The notes under the pieces: generated by a model
What the model saw: only the letters and a program-made list of their open reading frames with translations
The model's database searches: none
Told to the model about the DNA's origin: nothing
Made by a program: the position numbers and the translations under genes
In this document: piece after piece, positions 33,571 through 49,639 of the stretch
How positions within the stretch are numbered: position 1 is the stretch's first letter
How the letters are laid out: the number at the start of each line of letters is the position of its first letter
Source: the human T2T-CHM13v2.0 reference genome, Homo sapiens
Length of the DNA: 64,000 nt
Assembly (NCBI RefSeq): GCF_009914755.1
Contig: NC_060926.1
Strand: one strand, 5' to 3'

Positions 33571-35192
33571 TCACTAGATGATGAAGATTAAATGATATAG
33601 TGCATGTAGAGTGCTTAGAATGGTGTTCAGCCATACATAAAAGCTACCATAAAATGTTAACTTTGAAGACTAAATATAATACTTAGTGTCCAGTATTTCT
33701 CAGCAAACTTTCTGCAACTACATCCTTCAATGTGTTTTCACAAACAGAAATAGATTAACCAATTGATATCTACTTAAATAGTAAAACTGCAACAATTCCA
33801 TGAAGACCATGTCCCCCAAATATGTCCCCCACCAGCCTGCAGTGCTATAGCCAATACCATTTTCTTGCTGCTTTACGAGGGCAGCTTTTCTTACTGTGAG
33901 AATCGAGAGGCAGAGGACTCTCTAACCCTTAAGGGGATGAAGAGGGAAAAGGGTAAAGAACCAAAGGCCTCAATTACCTACTCCAAGAATGTCAATTACA
34001 TATTCCAAGTTTCCTAATCTTCTCTAATATTTGCTAAATCAAGTATTTTTCCAACCATTCAATTACCATAGAACAACTATTAATTGATACCTTACACAGT
34101 CACTGTTCTGAGGGACGTTCTTATTGAAATGTTTAACTTTGAACCACATTTTTCTTATCTCAAAGTGGGGATAATGATACATACCAAATTGGGTAGTTAC
34201 ATATAATAAAGAAGATGATGTAAATGAAAGTCTCTACCACAGTGAGCCACTCCACACTTTCATATCCCTGCAGGAGTATCTTTTCTCATCAGAAATAAAT
34301 GTTTTATTAAATTGCAGGATGAGTAGAAAACAGGCTGCTGTCTCTAGAATTATTTTGTTCAGAAACAAATATTCTATGCATGACTATTGCATTAAAAATT
34401 GGGGTCAACTCTCTTCTTATAGAATTTTAAAGAATAAAGACATTTCTCAGTTGTGTTTTAATTTTTATCATTTATTATGTTTTTATTTTTTGCTTAATAC
34501 TTTGTGTTATCATAAAAGAAGAACCAGGCGATATTCTTTTATTAGCTTTTCAATGGCTCCAGAACATTCCTTCAAAGAAGTCTTTGTAAAGTCTTTCTTC
34601 CCCACTGTCACAGTCCATGCATTAAAAGCTGACCAGCTATGTAAAATTAAAGTCAGAAAGAGGAGAGACTATAAACACAATTTCTAGTGAATTAAGTGTG
34701 AGAAGTCACTGAGTACCACCATTGCCACACACAAAATCTTGTGCAGAAGTGTCTTCTCATGTCTTCTAAGTTTTGTGAGAATCTTCACTCTAAAGCTCTG
34801 ATGAAAGCAACCCAGGCCTGGATCAATAAACACATTTACTCTGAGCCTTCTATAATTATCCTGAGACCAGGAGTTCAATAATGTCACCCATGCTCAGGCT
34901 TGGTATTCACAGTCACCTCTTGATGCTTCCATGGTTCAACCCAACTCTGTGGCCAACACAAATAAGAAACTCTTCGATCTACCTTGTGTGACTTCTCAGA
35001 GAAAGAGTTTGTTCCTGCTATGCTGTAAAGGAGTACATGCTATCATCACCCACCTTGAAACTTCAGTGGTTTCCCTAGCTTTAATATTCTAAGACACTGT
35101 AAACAAAATTCATGCATTCTATTACTGCTTTCCAAATTGTGTAGAGGTAAAGCAAATTCCTCTCTACCTTCATTATTTCAAGACTAAAAAAG

Positions 35193-35362
35193 CAGGCTTC
35201 ATAAGCGTGCAACCTGTGCAGTCACAAGGGACCCCATGCTTAGAAGAGTCCTGTGCTTGATTTAAAGTCCTCCTGTCCCAGGCTTAAAATTCTTAATTTT
35301 TGAACAAGGGTCCCAGCCTTTTCATTTTACACTGGGCTCTATAAATTACATAGCCAGTCCTG
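35193..35362. mobile_element. MER91A-like (hAT-Tip100) MITE
   Basis: cagg...gcgtgcaacctgtgcagtcaca...ttcattttacactgggctctataaattacatagccagtcctg matches the recalled MER91 consensus, with CAG...CTG ends. Confidence 0.75.
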
Positions 35363-37158
35363 CCAGAGTGTCTGAATTGTCTAACTCTATTCTCATGTGG
35401 CAGTCATCTTCTCTTCACTGTCTGTGGCACTGGGAATAAGACATGAATTAATGTTGGAAGTCAAAAGGATGAGCCAAGCTGAGGGCCACTTAGAGCAGCT
35501 GTGGAAAGCCTGGTCATATGACAGGTATACAGGCAGCAAGAAATGTCCATTGAAACTGAGTCCTCTGAAACCTTTGTGAGGTCTTCTGTAGTCCCGTTAT
35601 TTTTACTTTGCTCAAAACTCATCAGGGTTTCTAGATGCATCAAGATATGTGTGTTATCTGTACATAAAAAATGTATCACTTCTGTCTGCAAAATTTCAGT
35701 ATTATATCTCAGAGAGGATGGCAAAATAGGCTTGCCTGCTAACTGCGTTCAAAGATCCACATACACATGCTCAAATTTTTGGTGAGATGAGTCTGATTCA
35801 GTTGTATTACTCAGCATTCTGTTAAGTGGCCTTCAATACTGTCATACAGTCTAAAGCAATTGATAGTTTTAGTGCCTCTATTACATCAGAAAATACACAA
35901 GAATGACAATATGAGCAATCTACTCTTTTTCAAGAAAGATAAGCAATTCACTAGAGATGTGGAATGCTGTTTCCTAAAGCAATATCAATCCTGGATGTGG
36001 TTATGATGAAAAGCTAGTAGTCATAGCACAGCATGAACAAAGTCCAGAAAGAATACTCTGCCCAGAGTCAAATCTTTCTATCATACTCAGAGGCGAGCTA
36101 CAAATAAGAAAGGAAATAAACGCTCATTTCCTCTGTAAAACAGAGGATACTTTTTCTGTGAATTCCTTTATGCACAGACTAGGGACTGATGCCATTGACA
36201 CAGTGGGGAAATGACTCCACTCACTGACCCACTGGGGATGCAATCCTAACAGTTATACTTATGTGTTAGCAAGGATCTTCACTGCAGTTAATGAATGTCC
36301 CAATTTTGAGAGAGAATAGCTTTTCTGGTTGGCAGGAATCAAGAAGTGCATGCTCAGTTAGTCACTGCTCCTCATCTGAAATTCCTTCAACCTGAGGTTA
36401 GGAGCATTTATCTAAATACCAGGAGTCCACTGGAATCCTCCAGCCTCACCTCATGCCAGAAAGAGTGGATCAATGACACATTCTGGTCAAGACAAAAAGT
36501 AGCTGGAAATTACCATCACATCATAGCACTGAAAAAAAATAAAAACGAAAAACCAAAAAACTCCTTGAGAATTCCCAGCTTATCACATTATCTGGCCATG
36601 AAAGTTTATTCATATTCCAATATTTTCCATCAGATGCCTCAAATCCTTTAAGAAACAAGATGGAAATGAAGGGAGAGAAGGGGGAAAGAGAATGAGAGAG
36701 AATTGACTATGTGACATTTGAATCCAACCTAAAACTCACACCACTCACTACAGTTTCAGCTTCTTTAAATAATAATAATATGCAGAACCAACATACTTTT
36801 TCCTTTGATAAGCCTCATCCCAGCACCAACGGGGATAGGTAAGGATAGAGGTGGAATAAGGATTAACCTAGTACAAGCTACATGATTAGTAACCATGTAC
36901 TCTTTTCAGAAAGAAACATAAATTGTTTCAATCAGATAACTGCCTAGTCAATGAAAATTCACTTGTATATGGAATTTTCTGCATATCGGACTTTGTGGTT
37001 CCTGCTTTAATGTTACAATTTTAACACTCACTTATTTTTGCCTTTTAATAATGTGGTTGATCAATAACAGAGCTTAACGATTTTCATTTTCAAAATTTAT
37101 AGCAGTAATTTTTCAGAGTTACAAGTATCTGGGGGGGATAGTTTCAAAAAGTATTTAA

Positions 37159-38407
<1,249 letters not shown>

Positions 38408-40635
38408 TTATAGAAAGTCACATCAAACAACTTTTTCATGGCTGGTCAGGATAGAATTCTTCTAGATTTTTATGATGGCATGAGTTTTTAAGTGCTGCAA
38501 AACATCTATATAAAGAGCATTATCTTCTTCCAATAAGTTTTTTGAGATTTCTTTTTAATTGGGTACATACTTAAGGGAAGAGATTTGGGCCATAATACAA
38601 TCTCCTATTCTCAGCTCCAGTCCGACAAGAGACCCTAATTAAATTTCTAACTCTTCTCTAAATAACACATTTACCCTTATAGTAAAACTCATTTATAATA
38701 ATGCTTTGGGGGGAGTACCTGATAACCTCTTAGAGGCTTCCTAATTATAAAAGACTAAATAATATATTACTGCTTTTTTTTCTAATTCTAAAATAATACA
38801 TCTCACATAATCTTAATAAAGACAGTAGAGATAAAAATAGCACCAAAAAATCTACAGATCAATTTCATTATTCATATTAAGTGCTAACTGAACCCAGCAT
38901 TATATCAAAATAATACACTACCACCAAACAGGATTCATCTCAGAAATAAAAGTAATACAAGACCAAAGTTTAACAAAGTTTTCAAACAGTATATAAATTA
39001 ATACAGTGGAAAATAAAAATTGCCCAGAAATCAGATGGTGGTTAAGTGTGGAAAAAGATTCCAGGGCATCCACTTGCTTTAACTGTCAAAACGCCTGCAT
39101 CAAAAACACTTGAATCAAAATGTTCTATGTATATAGATGGTAAACAGAAGTTACCAAAATATTTCTACCATTCATGCTATTTGCCTCTTCAGTAAGTATC
39201 CGCCTCCTACCTATTCTTAATCCATTTCCACTAATGTTTCTATGTCTAATGGTTAACAGTACATTCTGTATAAACTTTTATTCCAATGGTTCTCTTTATT
39301 CTTAAACCCTTGTGTCAATGATTTGGCCAGAGATCAATGGTCATCAGAAGATAGTTAAGTAGCTGAAGCACTCTTTTAAGATACTTCAGCTAAGCATGCT
39401 TCTGATTTACATAACAATTTTTAAAGATCCCTCAGTTTGACATAATAGAACATTGATCTATCCAAATATCAGCCTTAACAAAGTCAGAACTATGACTGCC
39501 TATAACCTCACCCCTTAGCATGTTGACTTGATTCCAACATAATTGAGATTGTCAAAGAACATGACAATATATACTTTACTTCAATGATAGCTGGAAAACA
39601 GATATTCTTTTTTTTCTCGTTTTTTCTTAATTCTTAACTCTCATGGCTGAAATATATAGATGATTCTCCGCAAGCAGAAACATGGTACACTCCACTATCT
39701 GTGAGAAGACAAGCAAAGAAGCACTTGAGACTTAAGTTACACCACTGACTGTTGTTTCTAGGGGCACTTCTCAACCAGAATTTTCCTACTCATAAAATGG
39801 GGCTACCATTGTGGTTTTGCTCACCAAGGAAATACAGAGCTGAATGGAACCACCACTGTCATCTGGCCCTCTGCCCACAGGCAGCCAAACATCTGCGTGG
39901 TAGAGAGTAGGGCTAGGGGACAGTGGCATTTGAAGGCACAGATTCAACTCTCAGCTGTGTGGTTTTCTAATTGTGTAACCTGGAGCAAATAATTAATTGT
40001 GCAACCTGGAGCAAATAATTTAAATTTAATAATAATTTAAAATCTCGAAACCTCTTTATTTTTCTTCTTTTTAAAAAAAAAATGTTTAGCTCTAAAATGA
40101 GAGTTTGAATAAAGTAATTTTTAAAGTCCCCTTGCTTTCTAAGATTTTCATATATTCAGTGTGCATGGTTCTTAAAATTTTTCTGTAAGGATTGATAAAA
40201 TAAGGCTTGTGCAGCCTTTATGTCTTTAACAAGCTCAATGTGCAACCTGATTATCTGTGACTTCATTGATATAATCTTCCAATAGAATATTGCATTTCCT
40301 ATTGATTGTTTATCTGTATATTTTGGCATATTGAGTGACATCATTTTTACAACTCATCAAATGGGGGTACTCTTTACTTTGAGCTCCCCTCTTCCTAAGT
40401 AGTAGGAATAGTCAATGCATTGTTTATGAAAAATGACAAGCCAGGAAAAAGGAGAGGAAAGAACAATGAGTTTCCAGCTCCACTATTAACTTCTTGCTAG
40501 ACAAGACAGACTGCAGTTACCTCATCTATAAAGAAAAAAATTTAACAATTCTTACCTACCTCATAAGAATATTGAGAGAATTATATGAGTTAATATATAT
40601 GTATATATGTGAAGATTAGACTACGCAAATGTAAA

Positions 40636-40931
40636 TTTTTTTTTTTTTTTTTTTGAGGCAGAGTCTCACTCTGTTGCCCAGGCTGAAGTGCAATGGAGCA
40701 ATCTCGGCTCACTGCAACCTCCCCCTCCCCGAGCGATTCTGCTGCTTCAGCTGGCCAAGTAGCTGAGACTACAGGCACCCACCACCACATCTGACTAATT
40801 TTTGTATTTTTAGCAGACACAGGGTTTCACTATGTTGGGCGGGCTGGTCTCGAACTCCTGAGCTCAAGTGATCCATCCGCCTCTGCCTCCCAAAGTGGTG
40901 AGATTACAGGCAAGAGCCACTGTGCCTGGCC
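40636..40931 (-). mobile_element. AluS
   Basis: Poly(T), Alu reverse complement and TSD gcaaatgtaaatttt. Confidence 0.92.
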
Positions 40932-42589
40932 TGCAAATGTAAATTTTGATGTTATCTTAATGATTGATGTTTCCACCAGCTTCTAAGAGAGTAAACATAA
41001 AAAGCTGTATACATGGCATGTATGCTACCATCTTCCAGTTAACTGTCTTTCTAAACACAGCACCAGACCCACATGTCTGTGTGTTGGATAAGCTCCCTGC
41101 CTTTAATGTCCATAATGAGCATGATACAAACATTTTACATCATTGAACCACAAAAAGCACAGAGTATTTTTCCAAGTTTTTTTCCTAGGGATAATTGTGA
41201 AGGATCACCTTCCAGGTGAATGGCTGCGACCCTGTACTTCTAGCACAAATAGAACTGTGTTTTATATACTGATCCTAGTGAAGATGTAATTTCAAGAAGG
41301 AGAATGACTTATTACGATGTGCATTGCTGAGGGAACAAAAACCCTTACTTGACCCAATGATCTGTGCATAATCTTCCCCTTGGTAACAATTTGAAGACAA
41401 GAATGTAAGAAGCAGTTTGGTTTCCCATTTTCTTTTACTTAAGAAATCCATGCTGCTGATCAGAAGTTTGCCATAATTTGTAGTTTTGTTGTTTTAAACT
41501 GGATGGGTCTTTTTTTTAATTACAAAAAGAAATTCATTTCAAAAGCATAAGGGGATATTTACATTTAAACAAGGTGATAAACAGGTGTCTTGCAAAAGAA
41601 AAAAAAAACCACAGTGTTAAGTTTTTCATTCAAATTCAGAAGCAAAAATAACCGAAGTTGTGCACTATTGTCTTAGGAAAGGGAAAGGGAAGAGTGAGGG
41701 GTAAGGGAACAGTCAACTCAGTATCAAACTTGAGAGAGTAAAGTCACTTCTGCTCAGCTGTGAGTTTACAAATATGCTTATAAGGAGGAAAAGTGGAAAA
41801 ATTATACTTAATGTTCAAATTTATTTAGCTGTAGTCTCAACACAATTTCTGTAGTTGAAATGGCTTTGGGCCACTGGCTGATCTATCTCTGAGGTCCAGA
41901 GTGGCGGGTCAATTTTCAAATGGCAATTTTATATTCCTTTGTCTGTTCAGATTCCAAGGGAGTTTAGGTTCAGCTTACAGTCTTTTGGAATGTTTAGAGA
42001 TTATTGCCACCAATCCATAGCCAAGCTGACCAACTTTTGCTCATTTGTATCATTCTAGCCTTTCAGAACTATTTTCTCCATATGCATGTGCAGTAATTCT
42101 AACAAAGGAATTTTGCTTCTTCTGCAGTGAGAGGTAATGGTAATGAAGACACCTGCTTTGGAATCACAAACTATTCCTAAAAAAATACATCAGACTACTA
42201 GAAATGTCATTCAGGCGTTTGATTTGAATAGCAAACTTGAGGAGGGAAGATTAACTGTGAAACAAAAATATACTAAACATTCAAATGCAGAACAAAGGCT
42301 CTATGCTACTAAAAATGCCCATGACATTAAATACTCCACAAACACCACCCCCGCCCCGCATCTGCTGTTTTAACCTAAAAATTCTATTGGCTAACTTATA
42401 CAATAATTTTGATTAATAACCTGAGAAGTTAAAAATCTTGAAAATGGCAAAAGCAAACTGAGAGAGCTTCCCTTCCTTATTGGTACCATGTTATCAAGTC
42501 ACTTTTTCTGGGTAGCCCTGGTTATGAAATCTCCAAATTCTAAATTATACTATCTCTTCCTGTAGAAATCTATACATACATCAGATTCA

Positions 42590-42957
<368 letters not shown>

Positions 42958-43157
42958 GAAAACACAGCCTTTATTTTTAGTTTTAAATAACAATAATCAT
43001 GTAAGTGCAACTGACTTAGAATCCTTGGCTACTGGGAGTAAAAACCTAAATAACAAGTTAATAACAGATTCAGCCCCAAAAGGATAATCACTGTGTCAGA
43101 CTACCCATTCCTGGAATTTAAAAAAGTGATTTATGTCGTGTAGTCAAGTTTCACAGC

Positions 43158-43231
43158 ATACATATATACATATATATATATATATGTATATACACACATA
43201 TATGCTTATGTATGTATGTATATTATATATA
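43158..43231. repeat. (TA)/(CA)/(TATG) compound microsatellite in the retrocopy 3'UTR
   Basis: Direct reading. Confidence 0.85.
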
Positions 43232-45773
43232 GACATTTCTATTCAAATAGTAAGGGTCCGTATTCAAAAGTTTGTATCATAATATATGGAAAAAAGTTAA
43301 GCAAGCAGTGCAAAGCAACTTACTTTCTCCTAAAAATGTAATGTCATTCCTACATTTTAAGAAAGCAACGTAAATATTATGCTTTTATGACACTAGACAG
43401 GAATGTTGCACCACTGCCTAGCAGCTTTATTAAACAATGAAAACAAAATGTTAAGATTTACAGTTACCCTTCTCCATATATTGGGCAAAACACTAAAACA
43501 GAGGAAAGAGGAAAATCAGTAACTTTTCAAAACTGATAGTCTTTATCAGCAGAACTAGACTGAATTTCACTACATTTTAGAATGAACAGCTCTCAACAAC
43601 AAATTATCAACATATTTAAAAGTAAAAGATTCACAATTTGAAGTCTGAATAATGATATTGCAAAAACAACTCAATATTGCAGACGAAGCATCCAAACATA
43701 TCACTGTGATTTTACCTTGGACACAACCATGGTCTGTTACAAAAATAGATCATACATACAAAGGTATAAAGAACATTAAGTTTTTAGCTGAAGGCAGCAG
43801 TCTGTTTAAAGGGACACCCCCGGAAATCCAATGAGTAGTAGAATTTAAGTATATTAAGCTCATGACTATGCTGAAGAATGCTGATGTCTTATTCAGTAGA
43901 GTCTTCCACGACTACGATTTCTTCGTGTGCCCCAACCTCGGCCCCCTCTACTTTCCCTGAAGGCTCCTCTCATAATTAAAGTTGCCCAAATTGCTGCTAT
44001 ATTTCTCACTGGGAGGATTATAAATCTGCCTGGCATCTCTTTTTTGTTCTGCTGAAGATTTCTGGGGTGGTGAACCTGAAGTTGTATATTCACTGGCTCT
44101 CTTTTGCCCAATCTCAACCTTTTATACAGGTTTCCAGGATAGTGTTACTGTGCTCTTACAAGAAGGAGGAATGTGGAAGAGATCCTTGATTAAAACATTG
44201 ATATTGTTTGTTGCTTTCAATGCAACAACTTTAATTTTGTTCTCTTCTGTTTTCTGTTCTTTTCTGTTCTCACCTGTTTCACCTGGAGAGCTAAGTGAAG
44301 TTGTCTGATATAAACTTGCAGGCCTCGTGCAAAGTATTGCAGCCTGATTTTGAAATCTTTGAGTTTTTCTGCATTCAGTTTGGCTGTTAAGAAATCTGGA
44401 AGTTTTTGGCCCAACTGGTGAAAACTGTACAACAAACATTCCACATAACTGAACTGTAGTTTGGGTTCTTCATCACCAGCATTCCCTCCATTTTCTGCTT
44501 CTTCTGGAGGGAGGGGCATGTATTCCAATAATTTATCAAATAGTTTCCCTAAATTTGTTTCTAGTTTTTCCATGTCACCACAAAATGAACTCATCTCCAC
44601 CAACAATTTCAATACCTCCAACTGTATGTCAAGACCTTCCACTGTGGTAGTCAAGATACCAAGGTTAGGGAGAACCTGCTCACAGAAATATGTCACAGAC
44701 CTTGTGGAATGGACAGTTTTAGAGAAGAAGGGTACTGCCTGCTGAGTGCACTGTAAGAGCCTGCCCACACACTCAGGATCTGAGGGATTGAAGGTCTGTT
44801 CTAGGTCGGCCTGTTCAGCCACCAACTTTACAAGTTGCTGTCTTCCACTTACTGTCTGTAAGCTTTTTAACCCAGACAGTAATTCATGAATAGAACAAAT
44901 TCTTCATGAGTCACATCTTCTAGGACGTGTTTGGATTCAGTTAGTATAAGCTCTTCCACTTCCTTTGTTAATACTTCATCTGGTAAAGTCTTAAGTTTTG
45001 TAGAAAGGAATTTAATTGCTCATTCTCTAACAATGTCCTCTCCTTGAAGTATTTGGCTGAACAATGAACCTAAAGTCCCTTTTCCGTCCATGTTAAATAT
45101 ACTCAACAGGGCATTGTTCACTAGGTTAAATTCTGCAGAGCCATCTGACTCCAAAAGTTGCATTAGTATATCTGCCACTCGAGGAAGATTTTCTCCAGTG
45201 GTAAATTGAGGCAGTTCTTTAATTGCTTGACGTCAAATAGATACATCTTCATCTTCACAGAGGTCTAACTGTGCATTGATAGCAGAATCAGCCAATTCTG
45301 TAAAATGCTTAAAGAATTTCAGAATAAATTGAGCTGCTAATCGTTTTTCCTTAGTACCACCTTTCACACCATCCAGTATCACTTGATAGGCATCTTTATG
45401 CTGGCCCACTCGCTCCGTGGTATCGGCCATGATGCCATAGTTGCCGTAAAGCTCCTCTACCATCGGCATGGTGAGCGACAAGCCCAGGGCCTGCTCCCAC
45501 TATCTTCATCCTTGCCGGCACCACTGCCACCTCAGCACTTCTCCAAGCCCACTACCTGCACTATTACACCCAACTGGATGGCTCTTTAAAGTGTAAAACA
45601 ATGGAAACATCCATGGCAACAAGCCACATCATCCGGATCAAATCTTAAAACAATGGGCACTCTAGATCTAGTGCAAAATGTATTTTCAGTCTCATAGAGA
45701 CAATAATTTCTGCCACCCTGTTTCAGAGGTTAAAAGAATAAGAATAGCAAAACGCCCATCATGTCCTGTGACT

Positions 45774-46001
45774 GTCCTAATCATGATAGGAATCATGTCC
45801 AAGTGTTAAGCCGAGACTTAAAAATAAATTTAGAGTCAACCACTGAAAAGAAGCAATGGACATTTATAGGTTCATCCAAGGATCGTGGTCCTAATCATGA
45901 TGGGAATCATGTCAAAGTGTTAAGCCAAGACTTAAAAATAAATTTAGAGTCAACCACTGAAAAGAAGCAATGGACATTTATAGGTTCATCCAAGGATCGT
46001 G
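45774..46001. repeat. Tandem duplication, 2 x 114 bp
   Basis: Copies at 45774-45887 and 45888-46001 differ at 3 positions. Confidence 0.95.
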
Positions 46002-47976
46002 GTTCTCTGTCTTCATGACAAGGGAGAATAACTGAAGACTTATGCTGATGCCTCACTCTGGGTTTGGAAATAAAAGTGGAATACCTATAACAAATTTCAG
46101 TTACACTACATCACAAGTATCACTGTGATATTAGGACAAACAAAATTGATGTCGATATTAAAGCTTCGAAAAATTAATCAGACACTTTTTTTAAGAGAAA
46201 GAAGACAGATATGGATAGGTTTTTTGTAAATGAAGTATACCAAATAACCAAGCACTGAGAATGGAGTTAAAACTGCCCAGACGCTATGATGCTACCCAAT
46301 GCTATTAAACACTGGGTGGCACCTTTAAAGAAAAGGTACTGATTTCCCACAGCCACTTATTATATGCTATGGAGAGCAATTCTTCCAAAATACCAAGCAC
46401 ACTTTTTGGATGGTTAAAGCCCGTTCCAGCCTTCTGATGGTGTCAATTAATTCTTGTGAGGAATCATTTTAAATTCTCTCCAGTGAGAGAGTTTGCTATT
46501 ATATTTTAGTTTTATTTAAACCCCCTTTCAAGAACTGTGTCTAATAGACCTTCAAAGCATCTCTGGGTAGCTCTAACTTACATAACCTCATTTTTCAAAA
46601 CCACTCATTACTTTCTTCCCCTCTTAACATACTCTCACTCCAGCTTGGGCCCTCCCTTGGGGCACCTTGCTGCCTGCTTTGGTAATATAGTCATGCCTAC
46701 CTTTGAGACTTTTTCTCATTTCTAAATAGAGTATGCAGAATATGAAAGGGGTGGGGGAAATGCTCTTTTGTTGATTGGCAATGGAATCAGAATCTGCCAG
46801 TGAAAATAACCTACAATCATATCTAGCCAGGATATTATCCACGGCACATGTGGGAGAAATAAAAGGAAATAATGGAAAATGACCAGAAAATGGTTTCATT
46901 TCTGCCTTCAATTCAGAAAAGAAGAAAGGGAAAAAATAAATATCCAAGTAGATTTTCTAAATCACTACATACTGTTAAAAATAGAAATTACAAAGTATGT
47001 CACAGAGTTATATTATATTTGAAATTCTCCAACAGGAAATATGATGTGGCTTCATTTAAACAGCATATTCCATAAATTTTGCTATACATAGGAAAATGCT
47101 CTAAGTAAGCTGCAGGGTAATTTATACTGGAACACCTCACTTTATCACTCAGTGCAATCAAATGCTATTTGCAAATTCTGATTTGAGGCACAACTTTTTA
47201 AAGCAAGAAAAATGCTAAAATTAGACTAATCCTCACCTTCTTTTCATTCTCAGTTGAGGAAAATATAATAAACAACCATAAATTTAAAAATGTTTTGTCA
47301 GTAAAAGCACAAAATTGAAGAAAATGAAAATATTAAAGTATCTACCTCATAGCTGTATATGTACAAAGCCGTTATTATTTTTTAATGATTTCTAACTCTC
47401 TGTTAGTTTTAAACTTTTTCTTACAGACACAAAGCTCAAGTGTGGTTACAAATATTTATGGAAAGCTGAAATGCCACAAGGCAATGTAATTTAGAAATAA
47501 TGTTTTCCTCGTGTCAAGTACCCTCTCCTCACACACACACACAAAAGTATTAAACCTCAGTTTATTTAACCATCTATACATGTATATCAGGCCCATCTAC
47601 CTGTTCATGGGTCCCAAAAGTGAAGATGCAACAGTAGGAAACTAATGAACATCCACCGAGTGTCCCCATGTGGTGTGCCAAGACAGACAGTTGCAGACAA
47701 TTCCTGGCTTTGCAAGCACAAGTCAAGCGACCCTGGACACATTTTTAAAATTGCTCACATTCAGTGTTCTCATCCATAAGGTGAGAATTATAATAATATC
47801 AACAGTGTTGTTGTGAGGATTAAATGAGACAATATATGCAAAGCACCTATCACAGAGTACACTCTTAAATGTTTCCATTATTTTCTCATTTAAGAAGAAA
47901 AGAAAACACTGAGAAATACTGCATGCTGTCCTGATGTCTATAATTTGCTTTACATTCCTTAGCAAAGACAATGTGA

Positions 47977-47978
<2 letters not shown>

Positions 47979-48024
<46 letters not shown>
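47979..48024. repeat. (GT)23 microsatellite
   Basis: Direct reading. Confidence 0.98.
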
Positions 48025-48026
<2 letters not shown>

Positions 48027-48612
48027 TAGGTTTAATATGCCATCAAGGAGCAGACAGTTGCCCTAGTGAGAATTTATACTCCAGGGATATTCAGAAAGCT
48101 GCACTCAAAATGTGGCTATTACAAGTGCTCCAGAGATCTTTATCTGCCTTCAATAGCATGGGGCTTTGCAATGTTAGAAATGGATTTCACTGGTGAAATC
48201 AGTAGCTTGTTAATCGGCACAATGGATTTTAGATATCAACTCTGATTACTGCAATTAGTCCTATTCAAGATACATGCAGTTATAATTTTCTAGGTCTCTA
48301 GAACATACAACCTACCTTTGCATTAATAAAGTATGAAAATCTAGTAAGTTCCAAACTTGTTTCCTTAGAGATAAGCCCTGAAGTTGTTTAATCCTGCCAC
48401 TGGGTCAAAGGATTGGTGGTTGCCCACCAGCAGAAAACCAGATTCTGCCTTTGAAATATTGTTAGGAAAGTTAGGATTATCTAAAATAAAGAGAGCTTGG
48501 GCTTCATGAAGCTTACTGAATAGAGTATATGAACCATTTGACCCAACTTGCCCACAAAACTTTGTTTAAATAAACATCTTTATGTGTGGCAGGATTTGGT
48601 CTATCTGCTTTT

Positions 48613-49200
48613 TATTTTCATTTTTTATAATTTCTACTTTTATTTTAGATTTGAGTATATAGGTGAGGTTTGTTACATGGGTATATTGTGTGATGCTGAG
48701 GTTTGGGATATGAATGATCCCATCACCTAGGTACTGAGCATATAACCCAATAGTTAGTTTTTCAACACTTGCCCCTCTCCCTCCCTTCCCCCTCTAGTAG
48801 TCCCCATTGTCTATGGGTGTCATTTTTATGTCCATGATCAACCAATGTGTAGCTCCCACTTAAAAGTGAAAACATGCATTATTTGGTTTTCTGTTCCTGC
48901 ATTAACTTGCTTATGATGATGGCCTCCAGCTGCATCATGTTGCTGCAAAGGATATGATTTCATTCTTTTTTATGGCTGCATAGTATTCCATGGTGTCTAT
49001 GTATCACATTTTCTTTATCTAATCCACTGTTCATGGGCATCTAGGTTGATTCCATGCTTTGCTATTGTGAATACTGCTGTGATGAACATTCAAGTACATG
49101 TGTCTTTTTGGTAGAATGATTTATTTTCTTTTGGATATATACCCAGTAATGGGATTGCTGAGTCAAATGGTAGATCTGTTTTAAGTTCTTTGGGAAATGA
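48613..49200 (-). mobile_element. 5'-truncated old L1PA/L1PB 3' end
   Basis: Reverse L1 3'UTR (ggtttgttacatgggtatattgtgtgatgctgaggtttggg) with TSD atctgctttt at 48603 and 49202. Confidence 0.85.
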
Positions 49201-49639
49201 GATCTGCTTTTATTAAAACCAAATAGCAAGATTATAGGAAAGTATCCAGCTTCCACCAAATTCAAACTCTTTTGAAGCTATTATAAGGTACCTAGGAGGT
49301 ATTATGAATAACCTAGAAGTCGTGTGGTCGAATTGGCTTAGGTCAGTTTGCATCATGCTAGTGTTTATTTTCTAGTTAAAAAATTATGCCAGTTACAAAA
49401 AATTATATCAAAAATTAGACCAATGGTTGATTAATTCCTTGTGGAAGGCATGCATACACTGAATAAACCAAAGGGTGGAAATAAAGTGAAATTAGAAATC
49501 AAGGGAATGCAATTTTAAAAATGATTGAAGCTGATAAAAGTTTAGTGAGTTCATATACTGCTACTGGCATTATGAATTAATATAATTTTCTGGAGAGAAA
49601 AATGAGTGAAATTTATCAAGAGCCCTTAAAACAAACGTT

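Noticed and set aside
34319-34687. 122-aa ORF in unique AT-rich sequence
   Set aside because: No recognisable domain, composition typical of random AT-rich DNA, and antisense to the host gene.
39968-40019. 26-bp tandem duplication in a MIR (similar small repeats at 91-160 and 26618-26655)
   Set aside because: Ordinary slippage products.
45761-46018. 85-aa ORF with an internal 38-aa repeat
   Set aside because: It is a by-product of the 114-bp DNA duplication, with no recognisable homology or gene context.
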